A DNA stretch of 46,802 bases from Chiloscyllium plagiosum. Taxonomy: Eukaryota. This document shows, piece after piece, positions 34,410 to 44,900 of the stretch. Under the pieces are notes generated by a model that saw nothing but the letters and a program-made list of their open reading frames with translations, was not told where the DNA came from and made no database searches. Where the stretch lies: contig NC_057719.1 in the NCBI RefSeq assembly GCF_004010195.1, positions 13,237,277 to 13,284,078 of the forward strand. Reading direction: 5' to 3'. How positions within the stretch are numbered: position 1 is the first letter of the stretch; every line of letters starts with the position of its first letter. A program made the translations under genes and the position numbers.

Positions 34410-35035
34410 GGCATTTAGGGTGTAACCCTTCTTCAGGATTGAGGTGGGTGTGAGGGGAGTTGCAGATAAAGGGGGAGACAGGGGCAGGGTGGTGAAATGG
34501 GGATAGGGGAAAACAGGTAGAGGGTACGATCTGCCTTAACTTAGGGAATGACTCACCGAGCATTGTAGTTGGGCTCGAAGGGCCCTAACAGCCCTCCCAG
34601 TCACCGCACATTTCAATTCCCCAAACCACTCCCTTTCTGACATGACCATTCTTGGCCTCCTCCACTACCAAACAAACCACAGCGCCTACTGGAGGAACAA
34701 GACCTCATCTTCCACCTGGGCACCCTACAGCATGGAGGACTCAATATTGAGCTCTCCAATTTCAAATAACCTCCCTTCCCAGCCCCTTTCCCTCCCACCA
34801 ATTGGATCCATTCCTCCCATTGGCCAACCAGGTCGTACTCTCTACCTATCTTCACCTACCCCCACTTCACCACCCTGCCTCCACCTTTACCTGCAGCTCC
34901 CTCTACTCCCGTCCCCCAGTTCTGAAGAAGGATTACATCCGAAACATCGACTTCTCCACCTCCTGGTGCTGCCTGGCTCGCTGTGTTCTCCCAGCCTCCT
35001 GCCTGTCCACTTTGGATTCCAGCATCCGCAGTTGA
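34410..35035 (+). mobile_element. Penelope 3' fragment with inverted 5' segment
   Basis: 34413-34535 inverted UTR/hammerhead; from 34593 LPVTAHFNSPNHSLSDMTILGLLH and LEEQDLIFHLGTLQHGGLNIELSNFK* (GIY-YIG C-terminus); terminus 34918-35035. Confidence 0.88.
34918..34952 (+). ncRNA. Minimal hammerhead ribozyme motif
   Basis: AGTT-CTGAAGA-A-GGAT-TAC-ATCC-GAAAC-ATC-GACT; 4-bp stems I and II; stem III palindrome lost (ACAT). Confidence 0.65.
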
Positions 35036-35109
35036 TTTGTCACCACCACACTCTTAGGTGGGGAACTGTATTGCTTCCTCATCAATCAGCCCATTTGCCC
35101 TCTGGTTAC

Positions 35110-35378
35110 CATAGAATCCCATAGAAAGCAGGCCATTTGGCCCATCAAGTCCACACTGACCATCCCTCTGAAGAGCATCCCATCCAGACCCACCCTACAT
35201 TCCCCGTGGCCAAGCCACCTAACCTGCATATTTTTGGATTGTGGGAGGTAACTGGAACACCTAAAAGGGACCCACACAGACACAGGGAGAACATACAAAC
35301 TCCACGCGGTCGCCCAAGGGTGGGATCAAACCTGGGTCTCTGGTGTTGTGAGGCAGCAGTGCCAACCACTGAGCCATC
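35110..35378 (-). mobile_element. HE1 SINE
   Basis: Colinear with 5101-5399. Confidence 0.9.
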
Positions 35379-35629
35379 AAAACGGCTCTTGGCCTTTGCA
35401 CCAATTTTCCTCTCTGTCTACTCGGGCAGCCCGTCATCATTTTAGACATCTATCAAATCTCCTCCAAACTTTCGTTTTTCCCAGAAGAACACTCCCATTT
35501 TCTCTGATCTACCTGCATAGCTGACATTCTCGAGCAATGGAAGTGTTCTTATGAACCCATCAGAACCCTATGAATTCCGTCACATCCTTCCCAAAGTCCA
35601 ATGTTTGTTTTTTCTTTATCTCCACAATC

Positions 35630-35922
35630 CCGCCTAACAGCGGTAGTGCTTATTTTTCCCCGCACCTGTGTGTGCAGGTGTCAGACACAGTGAAAAAACA
35701 ACAAGTATATAAATTTTTATTCAATTTCCACCACCAGGAAGAAAGGAAACAGCTGAGTGGCCAGTGCCCTTCTTAAGGGCAGTGCTGCATGATCCAACAG
35801 TGAAGGGGAGGGCAGGGATTAAATCAAAATAGAGTTGGAGGGGGAAATAATACACTCCACCCCCTGCAGTGCCCACCTCTCCCTGAAAATCTCGAGGGTG
35901 TTGGTGGACACCACATGCTCCA
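35630..35922 (-). mobile_element. Tx1/L1-clade LINE 3' end
   Basis: Minus-strand translation LEHVVSTNTLEIFRERWALQGVECIISPSNSILI*, then a 3' UTR with AATAAA; resembles Tx1 ORF2 C-termini (FxxRW motif). Confidence 0.7.
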
Positions 35923-36429
35923 AAGTCTGATGTTCAGTGTAGTAATCAATTGCTCAAGAGTTGATTTTGTGTGCCTGTTAATGACTCACTTTATGTGATT
36001 TCTTCAGCCTGGGTGATGTCATTGAGGAAACACAAACTAAACTGAGGAAAACTGCTGTAAGAATGAGAGAGCATGCAATTTGAAAGCATTGACCAATCTA
36101 CCCATGCAGTACAAATGCTGAATTCCTTTTGCTCTGGTACTTTTCCAGAATTGTCTCAACATTGAGAGATAAAACCGTGCAAGATAAAATCGTTCAACAA
36201 AATTTGTCTTTTTTCAGCAATATTCAGTTTTTTTAAATACCCTGGAGAGTCTAAGGTGTCCCTGGCATGTTGGCATGACCTGCCACAGAATCCTGTTTCA
36301 GGGTTATCCAGGATTGACCACTGTCATAAAAGGCACTGTCATGCAAGCTTTATACTCAAGGCTCTTTGCCAAGCCATACATGCTTATTTTTAAAATTGTA
36401 AAAGTGAAAATAAAGTAACAGGTCATCAA

Positions 36430-36720
36430 AGGTGGCGCAGTGGTTCGCACTGCTGCCTCACAATGCCAGGACGCTGGGTTCAATTCTACCCTCAGGTGAC
36501 TGTCTGTGTGGAGTTTGCACATCCTTGCTGTGTCTGTGTGGGTTTCCTCCCATGGTCTAAAGGTGTGCAGGTTGGGTGGTGGATTGGCTGTGCTAAATTG
36601 CTCATAGTGTCCACGATTGTGAAGGCTAGGTGGGCCAGCCATTGGTAATGCAGAGGGAGGTGGGTCTGAGTGGGATGCTCCATCTGGACTTGATGGCCTG
36701 ATTCCACTGTAGGCATTCTC
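36430..36720 (+). mobile_element. HE1 SINE
   Basis: ggtggcgcagtggttcgcactgctgcctcac head, gggttcaattc B box, V-domain. Confidence 0.9.
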
Positions 36721-36769
36721 TGGCTTGTTGTCAGCTGATGATTTATCCCGGGATATTTTCTTAACAGTT

Positions 36770-36900
36770 TTCCTTGGAGCAGAGAAAACCTTTTTCACCC
36801 AGAGGGCGGTGGTCCTCTGAAATGCATTGCCTGTGAGGGTTGGAGAGGCAGGATGCCTTTTAAAAAAACTTGGATGAGCACTTGAAGTGCAATAACGTTG
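36770..36900 (+). mobile_element. CR1 3' fragment
   Basis: agaaaacctttttcacccagagggcggtgg...aatgcattgcctg. Confidence 0.75.
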
Positions 36901-36907
36901 AACGCTA

Positions 36908-36997
36908 TGTGGAGTAGGGCGGTGCTGGAAAAGCACAGCAGTTCAGGCAACATCTGAGGAGCAGGAAAATCTGACGTTTCGGACAAAAGCCCTTCAT
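36908..36997 (-). mobile_element. Penelope family A terminal fragment
   Basis: ggtgctggaaaagcacagca...gacgtttcggacaaaagcccttcat; truncated inside the hammerhead core. Confidence 0.85.
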
Positions 36998-37184
36998 GTG
37001 CCTACTGCAGGGGAGTTGGACAAGTGAAGGTACCTTTTGGCAGTGCAGACTTCTGTACTGTATGATTCTATGCAGAGGTAGACCCCATGTCTCCATCAAC
37101 TGGAACAGGAAGTAAACTAGAATTGTAGCTATTGTCCTGAACCACACTCTTGCCTGAGTTAACTGAGTTAAATTAGCTCCTGAA

Positions 37185-37302
37185 ATATACCCATCCCGAT
37201 GCCTTTTAAATGTTGTAATGGTACCAGCCTCCACCACCTCCCCTGGCAGCTCATTCCATACACACACCACCTTCTGTGTGAAAAAGTTAGTCCTGAAGTC
37301 CA
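37185..37302 (-). mobile_element. HER1/CR1 3' fragment
   Basis: ORF 36905-37303(-) FRTNFFTQKVVCVWNELPGEVVEAGTITTFKRHRDGY. Confidence 0.85.
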
Positions 37303-40300
37303 AAACGGTGGAAAGGAGTAAATTGTGAATGTAAGAGCTGCTCCATTTTTTTGAGGTTTTTTTAATCAGTGCTGGAGCTGCTGTACTCGATCTCTGAAAG
37401 CAGTAATGATTGTTTCACAAGATATTGCTTTGTTTGTGGAACTTTGAAACAAAAAGATCAAAACAACAGTACTTTAAATGGGAGAAACGAGACAGTGGGA
37501 GACCATGCAGGAGATTGACTGAAGAACTGCTGGAGGGTTTAGGAAACAAAATGTTCTGCAAGGCTGGAATTGAACTGGTTATCGAACATCCATTTATTGT
37601 CACCTGTGCTCCTTTGCTGGAACACAGTGAAAAGCTTTTACGATGTCTGTCTTCTTTTGGCAACATCTTAGGCACAAGTACTCAGGTACAAATCTTGGAA
37701 AAGGCAGAAAAATAAAATTGGTTGCATTATTTTACGGAGTTTTATTTTACAGTGCTCCAGAGCTCACAGCCCCAATAATGTCCCAGGACTCACAGCCCAC
37801 ACACTGTCCCTGGGCTCACAGTCCACACACTGTCCCAGAGCTGACAGCCCACATACTGACCCAGGGCTCATAGTCCACACACTGTTCTGATGCTCACAGC
37901 CCACACACTGTCCCAGAGATCACAGCCTACACACTGTCCCAGAGCTCACAGCACACATACTGTCCCAGTGCTCACAGCACACATACTGTCCCAGTGCTAC
38001 AGTCCACACATTGTCCCAGAGGTCATAGCCCCCACAACGTCCCAGAGCTCACAGACCCCACAATGTCCCAGAGCTCACAGCCCACACACTGTCCCAGGGC
38101 GCACACTCCACACACTGTCCCAGAGCTCACAGCCCACACACTGTCCCAGAGATCACAGCCTACACACTGTCCCAGAGCTCACAGCACACATACTGTCCCA
38201 GTGCTCACAGCACACATACTGTCCCAGTGCTACAGTCCACACATTGTCCCAGAGGTCATAGCCCCCACAACGTCCCAGAGCTCACAGACCCCACAATGTC
38301 CCAGAGCTCACACTCCACACACTGTCCCAGAGCTCACAGCCCACACACTGTCCCAGGGTGCACAGCCCACACATTGTCCCAGGGCTCGCAGCCCAACACA
38401 CTGTCCCAGAGCTCACAGCCTACACACTGTTCCAGGGCTCGCAGCCCACACACTGTCCCAGAGCTCACAGCCTACACACTGTTCCAGGGCTCAAAGACCT
38501 CACACTGTTCCAGAGCTCACAGCTCACACACTGTCACAAAACTCACAGCCCACACACAGTTCCCAGGGCACACAGCCCACACACTGTTCCAATGTTTACA
38601 GCCCACTAACTGTCCCAGAGCTCACAGTCCACACACTGTCCCAGAGCTCACAGTCGACGCAATGTCCTAGAGCTCACAGCCCACACACTTTCCCAGAGCT
38701 CACAGCCCACACACTGTCCCATGGCTCACAGCCCACACACTGTCCCATGGCTCGCAGCCCACACACTGTCCCAGAGCTCACAGCCCACACACTGTCCCAG
38801 AGCTTACAACCCACACACTGTCCCAGAGCTTACAGCCCACACACTGTCCCAGGGGTCACAGTAAACACACTGTTCCAGAACTCACAGCCCAAGCACTGTT
38901 CCCAGGGCACACAGCCCACACACTGTCCTAGAGCTCACAGCCCACACACTAGCCCAGAGCTCACAGCACACACACTGTCCCAGAGCTCACAGCCCACACA
39001 CTGTTCCAGGGCTCACAGCCCACACACTGTTCCAGAGCTCACAGCTCATACACTGTCCCATAACTTACAGCCCACACACTGTTCCAATTCTAAAAGCCCA
39101 CACACTGTCCCAGGGCTCACAGCGCACACACTGTCCCAGGGTTCACAGCCCACACACTGTCCCAGAGCTCACAGCCCATTCACTGTCACAGGGCTCACAG
39201 CCCACACACTGTTCCAATGCTCATAGCATAAACACTGACCCAGGGCTCACAGCCCAAACCCTGTTCCAATGCTCACAGCCCACACACTGGCCCAGAGCTC
39301 ACAGCCCACACACTGTCCCAGGGCTCACAGCCCACACACTGCCCCAGGGCTCACAGCCCACACACTGTCCCAGAGCTCACAGCCCACACACTGTTCCAGG
39401 GCTCAAAGACCTCACACTGTTCCAGGACTCACAGCCCACACACTGTCCCAGAGCTCACAGCCCACACACTGTCCCAGGGCTCAAAGACTTCGCACTGTTC
39501 CAGAGCTCACAGATCACACACTGTCACAAAACTCACAGCCCACACACAGTTCCCAGGGCTCACAGCCCACACACTGTCCCAGAGCTCACAGTCCACATAC
39601 TGTCCCAGAGCGCACAGTCGACGCAATGTCCTAGAGCTCACAGCCCACACACTGTCCCAAAACTCACAGCCCACACACTGTTCCAGAGCTCACAGCCCAC
39701 ACGCTGTCCCAGAGCTCACAGCCCACACGCTGTCCCAGAGCTCACAGCCAACACACTGTCCCAGAGCTCACAGCCCACACACTTTCCCAGAGCTCACAGC
39801 CCACACACTGTCCCAAAACTCACAGCCCACACACTGTCCCAGAGCTCACAGCCCACACACTGTCCCAGAGCTTACAGCCCACACACTGTCCCAGGGGTCA
39901 CAGCAAACACACTGTTCCAGAACTCACAGCCCACACGCTGTCCCAGAGGTCAGAGCCCACACACTGGTCCAGAGCTCACAGCCCACACACTGGCCCAGAG
40001 CTCACAGCACACAGACTGTTCCAGGGCTCAAAGACTTCACACTGTCCCAGAGCTCACAGCCCAAACATTGTCCCAGAAGTCACAGCCCACACACTGGCCC
40101 AGAGCTCACAGCCCACACACTGGCCCAGAGCTCACAGCCCACTCACTGTTCCCAGAGCTCACAGCCCACACACTTTCCCAGGGCACATAGCCCACACACT
40201 GCCCCAGGGCTCACAGCCCACACAATATCACAGAGCTCACAGCCCACACACTGTCCCAGGGCTCACAGCCCACACAATATCACAGAGCTCACAGCCCACA

Positions 40301-40441
40301 CAATATTCCAGGGCTCACAGTCCACACACTGTCCCAGGGCTCACAGCCCACACACTGTCCCAGGGCTCACAGTCCACACACTGTCCCAAAACTCACAGCC
40401 CAAATACTGTTCCCAGGGCTCAAATCCCACACATTGTACCA

Positions 40442-41944
40442 TTGTATTTACGAATGAAAGGGACCGTATTGTTGAAGAGGAGAGTGTGAAACGGATTGGT
40501 AAGCTAGAGGAGATACTTGTAGGGAAGGAAGATGTGTTGGACATTTTGAACAACTTGAGGATAGACAAGTCCCCCGGGCCTGATGGGATATATTCTAGGA
40601 TTATGTGGGAAGCAAGAGAGGAAATTGCAGAGCCGTTGGCAATGATCTTTTCATCTTCACTGTCAACGGGGATGGTAGACTGGAGAGGGGACTGGAGAGT
40701 AGCGAATGTTGTGCCCCTGTTCAAAATAGGGAATAGGGATAACCCCGGGAATTACAGGCCAGTTAGTCTTACTTCGGTGGTAGGTAAAGTAATGGAAAGG
40801 GTACTGAGGGATAGGATTTATGAGTATCTGGAAAGACACTGCTTGATTAGGGACAGCCAGCACAGATTTGTGAGGGGTTGGTCTTGCCTTACAAGTCTTA
40901 TTGAATTATTTGAGGAGGTGACCAAGCATGTGGACGAGGGTAGAGCAGTGGATGTANNNNNNNNNNNNNNNNNNNNNNNNNNNNNNNNNNNNNNNNNNNN
41001 NNNNNNNNNNNNNNNNNNNNNNNNNNNNNNNNNNNNNNNNNNNNNNNNNNNNNNNNNNNNNNNNNNNNNNNNNNNNNNNNNNNNNNNNNNNNNNNNNNNN
41101 NNNNNNNNNNNNNNNNNNNNNNNNNNNNNNNNNNNNNNNNNNNNNNNNNNNNNNNNNNNNNNNNNNNNNNNNNNNNNNNNNNNNNNNNNNNNNNNNNNNN
41201 NNNNNNNNNNNNNNNNNNNNNNNNNNNNNNNNNNNNNNNNNNNNNNNNNNNNNNNNNNNNNNNNNNNNNNNNNNNNNNNNNNNNNNNNNNNNNNNNNNNN
41301 NNNNNNNNNNNNNNNNNNNNNNNNNNNNNNNNNNNNNNNNNNNNNNNNNNNNNNNNNNNNNNNNNNNNNNNNNNNNNNNNNNNNNNNNNNNNNNNNNNNN
41401 NNNNNNNNNNNNNNNNNNNNNNNNNNNNNNNNNNNNNNNNNNNNNNNNNNNNNNNNNNNNNNNNNNNNNNNNNNNNNNNNNNNNNNNNNNNNNNNNNNNN
41501 NNNNNNNNNNNNNNNNNNNNNNNNNNNNNNNNNNNNNNNNNNNNNNNNNNNNNNNNNNNNNNNNNNNNNNNNNNNNNNNNNNNNNNNNNNNNNNNNNNNN
41601 NNNNNNNNNNNNNNNNNNNNNNNNNNNNNNNNNNNNNNNNNNNNNNNNNNNNNNNNNNNNNNNNNNNNNNNNNNNNNNNNNNNNNNNNNNNNNNNNNNNN
41701 NNNNNNNNNNNNNNNNNNNNNNNNNNNNNNNNNNNNNNNNNNNNNNNNNNNNNNNNNNNNNNNNNNNNNNNNNNNNNNNNNNNNNNNNNNNNNNNNNNAG
41801 TGGTAGAGTCAGAATCTTTGGTGACCTTTAAGCGGCAATTGGATAGGTACATGGATGGGTGCTTAAGCTAGGACAAATGTTCGGCACAACATCGTGGGCC
41901 GAAGGGCCTGTTCTGTGCTGTATTGTTCTATGTTCTATGTTCTA
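40442..41944 (+). mobile_element. Young CR1/HER1 LINE, 5' truncated, inserted in the minisatellite
   Basis: Open ORF2 from 40486: DKSPGPDGIYSR, WRVANVVPLFK, DNPGNYRPVSLTSVVGKVME, SCLTSLIELFEEVT; tail (tgttcta)3. Confidence 0.95.
40957..41798. other. Assembly gap (N run)
   Basis: Run of n. Confidence 1.
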
Positions 41945-44900
41945 ATGCTCACAGCCCACACACAGGCCCAGAGCTCACAGCCCACACACCGGCCCAGAGT
42001 TCACAGCCCACACACTGTTCCAGAGCTCACAGCCCACATGATATCACAGAGCTCACAGCCCACACACTCTCCCAGGGCACACAGCCCACACACTGTCCCA
42101 GTGTTCACAGCCTACACACTGTCCCAGTGTTCACAGCCCACACACTGTCCCAGAGCTCACAGCCAACACACTGTCCACAGGGCTCTCAGCCCACACACTG
42201 TCCACAGGGCTCTCAGCCCACACACTGTCCCAGGGCTCTCTGTCCACACAATGTCCCAGGGCGCACAGCCCACAAACTGTCCCAGGGCTCTCAGCCCACA
42301 CACTGTCCCAGAGCTCAAAGCCCACACACTGTCCCAGGGCGCACAGTCCACACAATATCCCAGGGCTCAAAGCCCACAAACTGTCCCAGAGCTCACAGCC
42401 CACACACTGTCCCAGAGCTTACACTCCACACACTGTCCCAGAGGTCACAAACCACACACATCCCCAAAGCTCACAGCCCACACACTGTCCCAGCGCTCAC
42501 AGCCCACACACTGTCCCAAGGCTCACAGCCCACACACTACCCCAGGGCTCACAGGCCACACACTGTCCTAGAGCCCAGAGCCCACACACTGTCCCAGAGC
42601 TCACAGCCCACACACTGTCCCAGAGCTCACAGCCCACACACTGTCCCAGAGCTCACAGTACACAAACTGTCCCAGAGTTTACACTCCACACACTGTCCCA
42701 GAGGTCACAAACCACACACTGTCCCACGGCTCACAGCCCACACACTACCCCAGGGCTCACAGCCCACACACTGTCCTAGAGCCCAGAGTCCACACACTGT
42801 CCCAGAGCTCACCACCCACACAATGTTCCTTGGGCGCACAGCTCACACACTGTCCAGGGCTCACAGCCCACACAATGTCCCAGGGCTCACAACCCACACT
42901 CTGTACCAGAGTTTACAGCCCACAAACTGTCCCAGAGCTCACAGCTCACACAATGTCCCAGAGCTCAAAGTCCACACACTGTCCTAGAGCTCACAGAACA
43001 CACAATATCCCAGAGCTCAAACTGTCCCAGAGCTCATAGTCCACACACTGTCCATGGGCTTACACTCCACACACTGTCCCAGTTTCACAGTCCACACACT
43101 GTCCCAGAGCTCACAGTCCCCACACTGACCCAGGGCTCACAGCCCTCACAATATCCCAGAGCTCACAGCCCACATGATATCCCAGAGCTCACAGCCCACA
43201 CACTGTCCCAGGGCACACAGCCCACACACTGTCCCAGTGTTCACAGCTCACACACTGCCGCAGAGCACACAGCCCACACACTGTCCCAGGGCTCTCAGCC
43301 CACACACTGTCCCAGGGCTCTCAGCCCACACACTGTCCCAGGGCTCTCTGTCCACACACTGTCCCAGGGCTCACAGCCCACACAGTGTCCCAGGGCTTAC
43401 AGACCAGACAATATCCCAGAGCTCACAGCCCACACACTGTCCCAGGGCACATAGCCCACACACTGTCCCAGGGCTCACAGCGCACACAATATTCCAGGGT
43501 TCACAGCCCACACGCTGTCCCAGAGCTCACAGCCCACACACTGTTCCAGAGCTCACAACCCACATACTGTCCCAGAGTTCACAGCCCACACACTGACCCA
43601 GGGCACACAAACCACACTGTATCCCAGGGCTCACAGCCCTTACAATATCCCAGAGCTCACAGCCCACATGATATCACAGAGCTCACAGCCCACACGCTAT
43701 CCCAGGGCTCTCAACCCACACACTGTCCCAGGGCTCTCTGTCCACACACTGTCCCAGGGCGCACAGCCCACACACTGTCCCAGGGGTCTCAGCCCACCCA
43801 CTCTCCCAGGGCTCACAGCCGACACAGTGTCCCAGGGCTCACAGCCCAGACAATATCCCAGAGCTCACAGCCCATACACTGTCCCAGGGCACATAGCCCA
43901 CACATTGTCCCAGGGCTCACAGCCCACACAATATCACAGAGCTCACAGCCCACACAATATCCCAGGGCTCACAGCCCACACAATATCCCAGGGCTCACAG
44001 CTCACACAATATTCCAGGGTTCACAGCCCACACACTGTCCCAGAGCTCACAGCCCACACACTGTTCCAGAGCTCACAACCCACATACTGTCCCAGAGCTC
44101 ACAGCCCACACACTGACCCAGGGCACACACACCACACTGTATCCCAGGGCACACAGCCCACACACTGTTCCAGAGCTCAAAACCCACACACTGTCCCAGA
44201 GCTCACAGTCCACACACTGTCACAGAGCTTACAGCCCACACACTGTCCCAGAGCTCACAGCCCACACACTGTCCCAGTTTCACAGCCCACACACTGTCCC
44301 AGAGCTCAAAGCCCACACACTGTCCCAGGGCTCACAGTCCACACAATATCCCAGGGCTCAAAGCCCACAGACTGGCCCAGAGCTTACAGCCCACACACTG
44401 TCCCAGAGCTCACAGTCCACACACTGTCCCAGAGCTTACACTCCACACACTGTCCCAGAGGTCACAAACCACACACTTCCCCAAAGCTCACAGCCCACCC
44501 ACTGTCCCAGAGCTCACAGCCCACACACTGTCCCAAGGCTCACAGCCCACACACTACCCCAGGGCTCACAGCCCACACACTGTCCTAGAGCCCAGAGCCC
44601 ACACACTTTCCCAGAGCTTACCGCCCACACAATGTTCCTTGGGCGCACAGCCCACACACTGTCCCAGGGCTCACAGCACACACTCTGTACCAGAGCTCAC
44701 AACCCACATACTGTCCCAGAGCTCACAGTCCACACACTGTCCCAGAGGTCACAGTCCACCAACTGTCCCTGGGCTGACACTCCACACACTGTCCCAGAGC
44801 TCATAGCCTACACACTGTCCCAGGGCTCACAGTCCACACACTGTCCCAGGGCTCACAGTCCACACACTGTCCCAGAGCTCACAGCCTACACACTGTCCCA

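Noticed and set aside
16042..41871. Long ORFs spanning X runs (16.0-17.1, 30.4-31.8, 40.5-41.9 kb)
   Set aside because: Length is inflated by N gaps; the real parts are Penelope or CR1 proteins.
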